Source of the DNA: a virus
Taxonomy: Duplodnaviria > Caudoviricetes
Direction: 5' to 3' (one strand)
Length of the DNA: 38,953 bases
IMG/VR virus record: IMGVR_UViG_3300048838_001824
Location: 1 to 38,953 of that record
This document shows, one piece after another, positions 8,167-17,182 of the stretch. The translations under genes and the position numbers were made by a program. The notes beneath the pieces are model-generated. The model made no database searches. It had not been told where the DNA came from and saw only the letters and a program-made list of their open reading frames with translations. Every line of letters begins with the position of its first letter. Within the stretch, counting starts at the first letter, position 1.

Positions 8167-8685
8167 TTACCGTGTAACCGAGATCGCCCAGGTGATCGTT
8201 GTCGGGACGCTGAATGCCTGCCCACCCTGGGTGTAGTTGCATGGCATGAGGAGATTCCCGGTCAACTGGAGCTGCCCGTTGCTGAGTGACCCCGAAAAGC
8301 CCGTTGCACCGGCAAGCGCGACATTGCACCAGTTGAAGAGGTTCGCGAGCACTGCGTAGCTCTGGGCCGGAGACGCGGTAGGGTCACCCCACTGTGTGAT
8401 CGTGATTCCCCCGTCGGTCCGGATGACGCCGGCGATGGTGCCGCTACCACCGCCGTTCGCCACGACGTAGCTGCCGGTGAAGGCACCGCTGGATGTAGTG
8501 CTCCCAAGGGTGACCGTGATTCCCACCGCCTCCGCGAGATTTTCGACAGAGTTCTTGAACGCCATCGCGGTGCCACCTTGGTAGCTGCCGGCCACGTTCG
8601 GATAGGAATTGCTGGGTCCGCTGGGGCTGTCGCCGCCGCAAGCCGCCAAGGCGAGCAGCACTGCGGCGATCGGGACATATCGCAT
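8167..8685 (-). CDS. Lipoprotein (moron; beta-rich)
   Basis: MRYVPIAAVLLALAA|CGGDSPSGPS lipobox. SD GGAGG upstream and visibly lower GC than the flanks. Confidence 0.85.
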   Translation of the reverse strand: MRYVPIAAVLLALAACGGDSPSGPSNSYPNVAGSYQGGTAMAFKNSVENLAEAVGITVTLGSTTSSGAFTGSYVVANGGGSGTIAGVIRTDGGITITQWGDPTASPAQSYAVLANLFNWCNVALAGATGFSGSLSNGQLQLTGNLLMPCNYTQGGQAFSVPTTITWAISVTR

Positions 8686-8781
8686 TGGGGTTGCCTCCAT
8701 GAGGGTGTGCCTCAATTTTCAGCGGCTAGGAGCCGATTCGGCAAGTCCCTTGGCGAGGAAACCATTGAGGCCGATGACCCC

Positions 8782-9063
8782 ATGACCGTGACTTACCCGG
8801 TCCGAGTGCCGCGGAGTCCGAAGCGCGGGCAGTCGGCCCGCGCCAAGGCCGAACGCGCGCGATACAACGATGATGCCGAAGCGATCGAGCGGTACATCAA
8901 CGACGAGGTGAAGAACAAGGAGCCGGGTGAGTACATGATCCCCTACGCCTCGATCTCACACGTCGTCGGGCTCGACGACCTGCGCGTGATGCATCTGCTC
9001 GGCCGCCTCAGCGGAGGCGCGCACACCGCGATCACGGTGCGAGTCCCGTCACCAGCTGAGTGA
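8782..9063 (+). CDS. Hypothetical protein, possible winged-helix
   Basis: 93 aa from ATG 8782 with good codon bias. YASISHVVGLDDLRVMHLL looks HTH-like. Confidence 0.6.
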   Translation: MTVTYPVRVPRSPKRGQSARAKAERARYNDDAEAIERYINDEVKNKEPGEYMIPYASISHVVGLDDLRVMHLLGRLSGGAHTAITVRVPSPAE

Positions 9064-9083
9064 CTACTCCCAGCGACCAACCG

Positions 9084-9359
9084 TTACGCCCCCTCCACCC
9101 TGATCACTCGCAGCCCCCCCTCCGCCGGCGGGTCCATCGACTCTACGAGCTCAATGTGCCCGTCGGCTATTTCGTGCAGGAGCGCCCCGGTGGCCGCCCC
9201 GATCCCGAGCGGCCGCACCAGAATGAACCGCCGCTCAGGCGCCACGGCCGGATCATCTGGCCCGGTGTCCACGATGAAGTCCCCCCGCTTGGCACCCCAC
9301 TGCTTGGTCCATCGCCCCAGCGTCCTGACCTGGTAGGCCTGCCCACGCCGCTGCCGCAT
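9084..9359 (-). CDS. Hypothetical protein
   Basis: 91 aa from ATG 9359 with GAGGG upstream and its own promoter-like sequence. Confidence 0.55.
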   Translation of the reverse strand: MRQRRGQAYQVRTLGRWTKQWGAKRGDFIVDTGPDDPAVAPERRFILVRPLGIGAATGALLHEIADGHIELVESMDPPAEGGLRVIRVEGA

Positions 9360-9390
9360 CGCTGCCCTCGATTTCGGTTTCTGTTCGGTG

Positions 9391-9418
9391 ATTCTACCCC
9401 GGATTGGCAATCCCGCAA
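9391..9418 (-). promoter_or_regulatory. Putative promoter TTGCGG-N16-TAGAAT with internal palindrome GGATTG-N-CAATCC
   Basis: Hexamers at 9418-9413 and 9396-9391, with the palindrome at 9401-9413. Confidence 0.5.
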
Positions 9419-9492
9419 GAGGGCCACCGGGGACGGACCCGCGGAGGTTAGGGCTCGGGATTTCGGGCAACAACAGGTGGCGAGGCGGGGAA

Positions 9493-9508
9493 GTGGCAGA
9501 TCTGCCAC
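9493..9508 (-). terminator. Perfect 16-bp palindrome after the last late gene (possible terminator hairpin)
   Basis: GTGGCAGATCTGCCAC lies 4 nt past the TGA of 9513..10163, followed by only a two-U tail. Confidence 0.4.
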
Positions 9509-9512
9509 CTGG

Positions 9513-10163
9513 TCAGAAGAGGCGGAGGGACTTTCGGACGCCGAGACGGAGGGCTCGGCCGGTGGGTCCTTCTTCGACGCTCACGAACCATTCCCGGAGC
9601 GCGAGACCTGCCTCGGCGCGCACCCCACCGGCACCGACGCTGGCTTCCCCGAAGACCGCCACGCGCGGTGCATCGGCACCCCGGAGGGAAGCCGCTCGCT
9701 CGGCCGATTCCGCGATGTCTCCGAAGGCATCCGAGGCCGCAACGAGTGCTGGCCGAAGGGTGTCTGCAACCGCAGCGAGATCGCGCAAGCTGGCCCGCTG
9801 GCTGCCGAGAACGGCAGTCCCGGTATCGAGCGCCGTCCGTGCGGTCGTGAGGGCGCCAGCGAGGCTGTCGGCGCGCGCGACCCATTCGCCGCAGCCCGTT
9901 GGGATCGGACCGGCAGGGCGTGGCGGGATTGCCACCAACCGCTGCTCAAGTACATCCAGGAGCGAGTCTCGGACATGAGTCAGCCGCCTGATCGTATCCG
10001 CGCGGGCGGCCACCACCTCGAGCAGGGAATCGGCGGCGGGTAGGGTGGCAGCGATCAGCGCCTGGCCGAGCCGCGCCGAGCGCTCGACCTCTCCGAGCAC
10101 GCGCCAGAGCCGAACCACCTGGACGGCCGCGAGGACTACCGCCAGCGCCAGGACCCCGCCCAT
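9513..10163 (-). CDS. Spanin-like protein (N-terminal TM, coiled coils, C-terminal beta-strands)
   Basis: 216 aa from ATG 10163, directly after the endolysin. TM GGVLALAVVLAAVQVV, Ala/Leu heptads, a single Cys in a Pro-rich hinge, ending LGVRKSLRLF. Confidence 0.65.
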   Translation of the reverse strand: MGGVLALAVVLAAVQVVRLWRVLGEVERSARLGQALIAATLPAADSLLEVVAARADTIRRLTHVRDSLLDVLEQRLVAIPPRPAGPIPTGCGEWVARADSLAGALTTARTALDTGTAVLGSQRASLRDLAAVADTLRPALVAASDAFGDIAESAERAASLRGADAPRVAVFGEASVGAGGVRAEAGLALREWFVSVEEGPTGRALRLGVRKSLRLF

Positions 10164-10174
10164 CAGCCGCGGAC

Positions 10175-10690
10175 CTATGCGGCGTCGCGCCACAGGGCGA
10201 TCTCCCCCTCGCGTCGATTCGCGAGCCCGCGCGATCGGATTGGCGGCTGGCCGGTGTAGACCCAGCGGCGCATCTGGCCCGGGACCGCAGCGTAGTCGCC
10301 GGCGTTGAGCAAGCGCCGGAGGGTGCTTCGGTAGAACCCTCCCGGCTTGCTGGGGTCGGGTGAGCCCGGCCCGACGTTGAAGACGAACGACACCAGCGCG
10401 TCGAATTGGTGTTGGGTGAGCGGCACCGTCACCAGCTTGCGCACCGCTGCCTCGGCCCAATCGAGATCCTGATCGAGCAGCCGCATGGCCTGATCCTCCG
10501 TCAGGCCGCGCTCGCGCCACGCCACGACCTCCTCGCCGATCCGAAGCTGGCCCGTCCGCAGCTCCTCTTCGGTCAGCAGATGCCCGACGCCGATCGTCGG
10601 ATAGCCGCCTTGGTCGCGGTACATCATCAGCCGCAGTGCCTCGAGCTCGACCAGGCGATCGAGTCCGCGCCTAGAGATCGTCTGGGTCAC
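10175..10690 (-). CDS. Endolysin, GH24 (T4/P21-type) lysozyme
   Basis: E-x8-D-x5-T triad (EALRLMMYRDQGGYPTIGVGH), plus QFDALVSFVFNVG and GLANRREGE. Confidence 0.95.
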   Translation of the reverse strand: MTQTISRRGLDRLVELEALRLMMYRDQGGYPTIGVGHLLTEEELRTGQLRIGEEVVAWRERGLTEDQAMRLLDQDLDWAEAAVRKLVTVPLTQHQFDALVSFVFNVGPGSPDPSKPGGFYRSTLRRLLNAGDYAAVPGQMRRWVYTGQPPIRSRGLANRREGEIALWRDAA

Positions 10691-11018
10691 GGATCTCCCT
10701 GTAGCGCAGCGGGGAGGTGAAGGGCAGGGACGGTGCGGACGCGGCCACGCCGCGACTCACCTCGCCGACCATACGACTCTCAGCGAGCAGTCGCGCGCGA
10801 GAGATCGTGGCTCCCGCGATGAAGGCGAGGCCGGTCAGCGAGCCGTACCACGACCAGGCCGCGACCGAGATGGTCCAGATACCGGCGGCCGCGAGATCGA
10901 AGGCGACGATGCCGTTGAGGAACGCGACCGCGAGGATGGCCCACCCGAGATCGAGCTCGATCGTGCCGTCGCTCCGTTCGACGAAGAGCAGCCGGAAAAG
11001 AAGTCTGCGCGGGGTCAT
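10671..11018 (-). CDS. Putative holin
   Basis: 115 aa from ATG 11018 with two TM segments, immediately upstream of the endolysin. Confidence 0.6.
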   Translation of the reverse strand: MTPRRLLFRLLFVERSDGTIELDLGWAILAVAFLNGIVAFDLAAAGIWTISVAAWSWYGSLTGLAFIAGATISRARLLAESRMVGEVSRGVAASAPSLPFTSPLRYREIRDPDDL

Positions 11019-11254
11019 CCGACCTTCGTCTCCACGCGCACCATCCGCTCGCGGACGTCGGCCACGTCGTCTTCGACGCGGATGAACCGCGCCTGCACGT
11101 CGGCGTGGTGGGCATCGATCTTCGTCTCGATGCGCTTGACCGTGGCACGCGTGCCGTTGAGGGCGGCCTTCACGCCGCCCCATGCCGCACCAGCGGTAAG
11201 CGCGGGGAGGATGATGGTGACCAACACCTGCAACGTGGAAAGGTCCTGCATCAC
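11015..11254 (-). CDS. Small TM plus coiled-coil lysis-region protein (holin/antiholin-like)
   Basis: 79 aa with an N-terminal TM, ending ERMVRVETK, as is typical of small lysis-cassette membrane proteins. Confidence 0.65.
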   Translation of the reverse strand: MMQDLSTLQVLVTIILPALTAGAAWGGVKAALNGTRATVKRIETKIDAHHADVQARFIRVEDDVADVRERMVRVETKVG

Positions 11255-14200
11255 GGACTGACCTCCGCTCGGCCGAGACCGAGCCGGGTGAAGTGACTCC
11301 GCGCGGCCTTGACCGCGTCCTCGATCTGGGTGCGTTGCAACTCCTCGACCAGGCGCCGCCGCGCGGCCGATCCCGGCGGATACTCACTGGCCAGACGGGG
11401 GTCGGCGTCGAGTCCGGCATCGAGCTGTGCCGGAAGATCCGCGTACTCCGGTGACGATACGGAGGCCTCGACGACCGCGCGAAGGATCTGGCCCTCCTCA
11501 CGCAGGCGCCGCTCGAACTGTTGCGGTGATTCGTCGCCCTGACGCTTGCGGCGCGTGATCGTGACGCCCAGCCGCTGCAACTCCGCGGCGATCGGGTCGT
11601 CGGCCGTCCGATCGCGACGACTGTTGGTGAAGTCCAGGAGCGCAGCGGTCGCGCCACCGTCGCGTGTGATCGGTTCGCCGAAGCGATCAATCTTCGCCGG
11701 CAGCGTCTTCGAGAGGCCCGGGATGCGGGCCGTCACGGCGTCCACCACGCCTTCCGTCTCCCGCTGCACTGGATCCACCGCGCGCGCGACGGCGCCGACC
11801 ACCGATGGAACGGTCATGCCGGCCACGTTCTCGACGAACGACATCGCACCACGCGAGGGGTCGCGCACCGCATCGAGCGAACGATTCACGCCCTGGAGGA
11901 ACGATTGCTCCATCGCATACTTGCCGATGTCGCCAACCGCCTGCACACCGGCGAGTCCGGCGGCCGCGGTCGGGTCGAGCGGGTCGAGCTCCTCTCGCAA
12001 CGGATCGAGGTTCTCGCGCAGGTGGTGCACCAGCGACGCCCCGATCGCCATCAGGTTGCCGAGCGGGCTGATCCGCTCCATGGAGTACCACCGATCGCCG
12101 AGTCGGACCGCGTTGGGGATCTTGCCCTCGGCGGCCCACTGGTCACGCGTGCGCTGATCGGTCGGGAAGGTGCCGGTCATCCGGTCCTTCGAGGCGAGCA
12201 TCGCCCCTGCGACAATGGCGGTGCTGGAGCCGACGACCGACCGCCCGAGGCGATCGGCAATGCGACGCTGCTCGGCCAGCGCTGGAGCGCCCTGCATGGC
12301 CTTCTCGACCAACCGCCAGACATCCGGGATCGTGCCCAGCGCCCCGAGCGGTGAGTACTCGACCGTGCGACTGACCACGTTCGCGGGTGTCCGGACGAAG
12401 GGCATGAGGACCTCGCCCACTACGCGCCCAGTCGACCCACCACGGTCAGAGAGGACCCCCTTCGCGCGTGACCCGAGGTCCGCGAGGAGCCCGCGGTTCG
12501 TGAACGTGGCGACCTCCGCGTCGGCCATTGCCTGGAGCACCATGTCATCGGTGACGGACTTCGCGCCTTGGCGCAGGTCAGAGAGGTCCGCCACGCGCGC
12601 GGCGAGTGCGTCACCGGCGAGCCCCTCTCGCTTGGCAAGGAGCGTCGCCTGCTCGGTGAGGGAGCGCTGGAACGCGGCGCCATAGAAGATCCGGTCACCC
12701 GCCTGGAGCGCGCGGAAGACGGTCTTCGTGAACCCGTCGAGAATGGCGTTGTCGAAATTGGTCTCGCGCGAGAAGTCGTACTTCTGGAGCGCACCCTCGA
12801 TCGGCACGCCTTGCATCACGGCACGCGCCTCCTCGAGCCCACGCTTCGCGCCCGCGACTGAGGCGCGGACCTGAGCGGCAGGGTCGAAGTGCTTCGTCGC
12901 TTGTCCAGTGACACGCCCCTTGCTCACGACCTGCGCAAGTCGGATCAACATCCGGTCGACGAGCATCGCGGGCGCATCCTTGGCCGTCTCCAGCATGGCC
13001 ATCGAGGTGTTGCCCACGAGGTTCGCCAAGTGCGTCTTCGGCGCCGTCAGGAGGGCGGCCTTGAGTAGCGTCGTGCCCTTCTCGGCGAGGGTGGCCTCCC
13101 GCATCGCGGCCACCTGGCGCGCGAGGGCCTCCGCCTTCCCCTCGTTGGCGAGGCGCGTGATCGCCAGATGCTCGTCGCTGGTGAGCGGCCTTCCGGCCGT
13201 CTCCATCGCACGTGAGAGCCACACCGCAGGATCCGTGGTGCGCGCCGCGAGGATGCGCAACGCGGCCAGATCCCGTCCTGCCTCGGAGCGCTGCCGGATG
13301 AACATCCCGAGGTAGTGCTCCTGCTGCCGCTCCAGCGCCTGCACGCCGCGCTCGACGATCGCTCGCTGGTCCGGCGCGAGGGTGCGATCATCGAGTCGCT
13401 TGCGGCCCTCCGCGATGGCGTCCGCATTCGTCACGATGCGATTCCGCACCGCGAGCAACTTGTCGCGGCCGAGGCGCTCCCCGGCCTGCGGGGCGATGTC
13501 CTCCGGGTCGATGCCAAGCGAGCGCGCGATCACCGTCGCATGCGTCTCGCGCCCCTTCGGTGCAAGACCCTGAGTCGCGGCCACGCGCTGCACTTCCTCG
13601 CGCAGGACCGCCTCACCACTTGGGTCGAGCATCGCGCGGCGAAAGTTGAAGAACTCGTCCGCATCCACGTCGGCGGGATCGACGGCGCCGGACGTCGGCG
13701 TTGGCGCGGCCGGAGTCTCCGACGGCGGTTGCCAGCGACTCGGCGGCAGCTCGTAGGTGCGCGCCGGGGCAGCGACGGCAGCTCCGCGATCGGCGGGTCG
13801 ACGCACCAGTTGACCAGCAGCGTCCGCGCGATGGAGCAGTGCCTTGAGCCCCGCCTGTCCCAACGCGCCGGCGGTGAACCCGGTCGCGGCCCCACGGAGC
13901 GGGTTCTCCTCGTCGGCGACCATACCCGCCGTTGCACCGGCCGCACCACCGAGCAGGTTGTCGGAGGCTGCACGTACGGCGGCGGCCGGGAGCGGTGTCG
14001 GCAGGCCACCGAACAGCAGATCCTCCGTGCCCTCGGGCGGGGGCGGGAGTTCGCGCGTGTACGGCCCACCACTCTCGCCAAAGGCATAGGTCGGCCGACG
14101 GCCGATCTCGTCCGGATCGAGCGCATTGTAGCGCCCAGCCAGCTCCGCTTCGACGCGTTCGAGCTGCCGGTACACCTGATTGGCGCCCGCCTTCGCGCGC

Positions 14201-16287
14201 CCAAAGCGTGCGCCCTTCGCGATCCCGCTCCGCTGCTCGGCAACGTCGTCGTCGTACCGGGTCCATGGCGTGATCGAGTTCTGCTCCTCGAGCGCGAGCG
14301 CCTGATACTCGTCGGCCAGGCGCCGGTGCATCGCCTCCAATTCCTCGGTGCCGGTGCGCCGAAACTTCGCGTCGCCGCCCTCCCACGAGACGCGTCCCGC
14401 ACGCCGCACCTCGCGCACGGGCTGCACGTCCGGGAACATCAGATCGGCCGCATTGACGGCACCGGGTCCGGACCCTATCGTTTCGTCAGGTGAACGGCTC
14501 GTCGCTGGCCTCCCCGGCCCTCTTGCCGGATCGACGTCCAGGGAAGTCGTCTCACCGAGAGGTCGGCTCGTCGCGGGCGCCCCCGGCCGAACAGATGCCG
14601 GATCGGCCACCCGGGAAGTCGGCCCATCAACCTGACGCGTAACTCCAGGGACCCCCGGCAGATCCACAGCCGGATCGGTGACGGGAGCCGTCGGGGCCGG
14701 CCCCAGTGAGCCCTTCGAGGACTTGCTGGGGTCGTTGATGTCCAGGTCCCAGTAGAACACGCGTCGGGCCTGTGCGCCCTTCGGCGCTCGCTCCTCGGTC
14801 AGTGTCAGGCGGAACTGCTGCGGCTTACCATCAACCACCGCATCAGCGGTGAAGTAGTGGTACGCCTCGACGTTCGTCGTCGACCCCTTCCCGCGAGGAG
14901 GAACATCCAGCATCACGGGCTCGGCGTCCTCGATCAGCTCGTCGAGGACCCGCATCGCGGCCACCTTCTCGGGTGTGCTGCTGTGATGCCGCGCCTTTCC
15001 TATCGCCGACTTCCGGATCTCGGCCTTGAGGCCCGTCGCCTGATTGGTGAAGGCCTTTCCGCGTAGGGTCATCAAGTAGTCGCGCGCGCGATCGCGTGCC
15101 GCGGTCATGGCCTCTGGTGTATCCACCGGCCCGAACTCTGTGCGCGAGATCGTCCGACGATCGGGCGAGCTGCGCGGGAACGGGTCCGCAATCGGAGTCG
15201 GTTCCGGCGCGCGGGGTGCCTCGACCTCAGGGGCTGGCGCGCGACGCTGTGCGGCCTTGCCGACGTCCTGCTGAAACCGCGCGAGAGCATCGCGCACTGA
15301 GTTCGTCATCGGATATCGCAGCTCGTCGGGATCCTTCGCCGTGCGGGCGGCGCGCAGCAGCTCCTCGTCGTGCGCCTTCGCGAGGTCGAACGTCTCGCGG
15401 CTCTTGGCCTGCGCTGCTTCGCGCACGGCATCGCGTCGAGCGAGCACGGCAGCCACCTGATCGGAGAGCCGCTCGTCACTCGCCGCACTGGCCTTCGCGG
15501 TGGACTCGGCGGCGTCGAGGCGATCCATGCCGCCTCGGATCGCGGGCGTCTGCTCACGCATGCCATCCACTCGCGCACGCTCACCCGTGAGCACATCCTC
15601 ACGCAGTGCATCTGCACGAGCTCCGGCGCGCTTCGCACCGCGCTTGGCCAGCGCGCCCGCTGCCGCCTCCACCAAGCCGCCCGCGCCAGCGTCAAGCGCG
15701 AGCTCGAAGGCGAGTCGGCCGCCGGTATTGTCGGCCACCGCGCGCAGGCGATCACTATCGAGGAGCTCCGCGAAGTTCCCTGCGGCGGACTCCTCGCGCT
15801 GGATACCGGCCGCGAGATTGACTGGTGCATTGAGGACCAAATCGCGCGCGACCCGACCCTTTGCCGTCGCTGGTGCGGCGACCTTGGCAAGTCCTGGGAG
15901 CGACTTCGCGAAGGCGGGCAGCTTGGCGATGCGGTTCAGCAGACCACCAGGCGTGGCGAACTGCGCGGCGTCGCCAGCGAATCCGGCCGCACCCGCAGCC
16001 ACCTTCCCGGCAGTGGTCTCGCTGTCGCGGTAGAAGGCATCGGCCTCGTCGCGGCTGGTGCGCAGGCGATCCGCGGTGCCATCGGCGCCGACGAGATCGG
16101 CGAGACCGATGGCCGTCCGGTATCCCGAGCGCGCGAGGCCCCGGCCGACACCGCCGAGCACGTCGCGCACCACGCCGCGGCGTGGCGGGGAGGGAGGAGG
16201 CGCGAACTCCGCCTCGAGGTCATCCCACGATGACGCCGGAGCGGAGAAGTCGCGTTCCAAGTCGGACCACGAGAGCGGGGTCGTCAC
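11251..16287 (-). CDS. Large internal virion/ejection protein (polyvalent type; LPD3-like insert, LPD38-like C-terminal region)
   Basis: 1678 aa from GTG 16287. It is Ala/Gly-rich, carries PFVRTPAN and RIPGLSKTLPAKIDRFGEPI motifs, and has an FTNQATG..I.K...YHYF.A.AVVDGK domain. It is the last gene of the ejection cluster. Confidence 0.8.
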   Translation of the reverse strand: MTTPLSWSDLERDFSAPASSWDDLEAEFAPPPSPPRRGVVRDVLGGVGRGLARSGYRTAIGLADLVGADGTADRLRTSRDEADAFYRDSETTAGKVAAGAAGFAGDAAQFATPGGLLNRIAKLPAFAKSLPGLAKVAAPATAKGRVARDLVLNAPVNLAAGIQREESAAGNFAELLDSDRLRAVADNTGGRLAFELALDAGAGGLVEAAAGALAKRGAKRAGARADALREDVLTGERARVDGMREQTPAIRGGMDRLDAAESTAKASAASDERLSDQVAAVLARRDAVREAAQAKSRETFDLAKAHDEELLRAARTAKDPDELRYPMTNSVRDALARFQQDVGKAAQRRAPAPEVEAPRAPEPTPIADPFPRSSPDRRTISRTEFGPVDTPEAMTAARDRARDYLMTLRGKAFTNQATGLKAEIRKSAIGKARHHSSTPEKVAAMRVLDELIEDAEPVMLDVPPRGKGSTTNVEAYHYFTADAVVDGKPQQFRLTLTEERAPKGAQARRVFYWDLDINDPSKSSKGSLGPAPTAPVTDPAVDLPGVPGVTRQVDGPTSRVADPASVRPGAPATSRPLGETTSLDVDPARGPGRPATSRSPDETIGSGPGAVNAADLMFPDVQPVREVRRAGRVSWEGGDAKFRRTGTEELEAMHRRLADEYQALALEEQNSITPWTRYDDDVAEQRSGIAKGARFGRAKAGANQVYRQLERVEAELAGRYNALDPDEIGRRPTYAFGESGGPYTRELPPPPEGTEDLLFGGLPTPLPAAAVRAASDNLLGGAAGATAGMVADEENPLRGAATGFTAGALGQAGLKALLHRADAAGQLVRRPADRGAAVAAPARTYELPPSRWQPPSETPAAPTPTSGAVDPADVDADEFFNFRRAMLDPSGEAVLREEVQRVAATQGLAPKGRETHATVIARSLGIDPEDIAPQAGERLGRDKLLAVRNRIVTNADAIAEGRKRLDDRTLAPDQRAIVERGVQALERQQEHYLGMFIRQRSEAGRDLAALRILAARTTDPAVWLSRAMETAGRPLTSDEHLAITRLANEGKAEALARQVAAMREATLAEKGTTLLKAALLTAPKTHLANLVGNTSMAMLETAKDAPAMLVDRMLIRLAQVVSKGRVTGQATKHFDPAAQVRASVAGAKRGLEEARAVMQGVPIEGALQKYDFSRETNFDNAILDGFTKTVFRALQAGDRIFYGAAFQRSLTEQATLLAKREGLAGDALAARVADLSDLRQGAKSVTDDMVLQAMADAEVATFTNRGLLADLGSRAKGVLSDRGGSTGRVVGEVLMPFVRTPANVVSRTVEYSPLGALGTIPDVWRLVEKAMQGAPALAEQRRIADRLGRSVVGSSTAIVAGAMLASKDRMTGTFPTDQRTRDQWAAEGKIPNAVRLGDRWYSMERISPLGNLMAIGASLVHHLRENLDPLREELDPLDPTAAAGLAGVQAVGDIGKYAMEQSFLQGVNRSLDAVRDPSRGAMSFVENVAGMTVPSVVGAVARAVDPVQRETEGVVDAVTARIPGLSKTLPAKIDRFGEPITRDGGATAALLDFTNSRRDRTADDPIAAELQRLGVTITRRKRQGDESPQQFERRLREEGQILRAVVEASVSSPEYADLPAQLDAGLDADPRLASEYPPGSAARRRLVEELQRTQIEDAVKAARSHFTRLGLGRAEVSP

Positions 16288-16288
16288 G

Positions 16289-17182
16289 TCAGCGCACCTG
16301 CATCGCCTCGGCGCGCGCCTGCTCCGGGGGCACACCACGCGCTCGGAGCTCGCGATACTTGGCCGCTTGCGCCGGTGTCGGCGGAACGTCGAGTGCCGGA
16401 GCGGGGGCCGTATCCCCGTTGACTGGAGTTCGGGCCGGCGGCGCACCATTGCGCAGCTGATCAATCAGGCTGGCAACAGGACTGCCTCCACCGGCTGTGC
16501 CCTTCGGCGGTGCGCGCAGCGGCGACCCATCCGGGCGAGTGAGCGGTTCGGGTTGGCCGTTGACGACACGCCAGTACGATCCGTCCTCGGCCTGAATGAT
16601 CGAGCCCTGCGGCTCCGCGCGTGGCTGTGGCGGTGCGGCGAACCGTCGCTGCATGCGCTCGCGGTGCTCGATCTCTTCCAACGTACGCCGATGCTTGAGG
16701 TCGTCAGCTTCCGCGTCACGCGCCGCCTTCGCTGCCGCCGCACGGGCCGCCATCGCGTCCGGGGTGGCTTCGGTGTTGAGCAGCTTCCCCTCAACCCCGG
16801 GCACGGCGCGATGCCGGGCGATGTCACCCAGCGCACCAGAGGCGCGACTCAGCAGGTTCGTGCGGTGATCCTCGCCGAGGATCGGATCGAAGAGCGCCGA
16901 AGAAAGCTCGAGCCCGCCCATCGCCGCCCGCCCCTGAATGGGAGCGGCGTCGCGAAAGCCCGCGTCGTGCATCTGGATGGCACGATTCTCGGCGGCCACA
17001 CGCGCAGCCTCTTCTGCCGCCGAGGCTGCACGTGCCTCGCCCGCCTTCGCCAGGTCGAGACGCTCCTGCTCCATGCCGAAGCGCTTCTCGCGTTCGGCGC
17101 GCTCTTCGTCGTCCTGGCGCCGTCGCACAGCACCGCGCGACCAGCCTGCGGCCATCGGGAGGATTGCGTCGATCAGACTCAC
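16289..17182 (-). CDS. Putative ejection/internal virion protein
   Basis: 297 aa, helical and Ala/Arg-rich, positioned between ejection genes. Confidence 0.6.
   Translation of the reverse strand: MSLIDAILPMAAGWSRGAVRRRQDDEERAEREKRFGMEQERLDLAKAGEARAASAAEEAARVAAENRAIQMHDAGFRDAAPIQGRAAMGGLELSSALFDPILGEDHRTNLLSRASGALGDIARHRAVPGVEGKLLNTEATPDAMAARAAAAKAARDAEADDLKHRRTLEEIEHRERMQRRFAAPPQPRAEPQGSIIQAEDGSYWRVVNGQPEPLTRPDGSPLRAPPKGTAGGGSPVASLIDQLRNGAPPARTPVNGDTAPAPALDVPPTPAQAAKYRELRARGVPPEQARAEAMQVR

Noticed and set aside
9372-9386. TTTC-N7-GTTC resembling an alphaproteobacterial LexA box
   Set aside because: It is an imperfect single copy, and nothing indicates an alphaproteobacterial host.
9448-9976. 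Alternate-frame ORFs inside the spanin-like gene as an Rz1-type o-spanin
   Set aside because: Neither has a hydrophobic signal peptide or lipobox.
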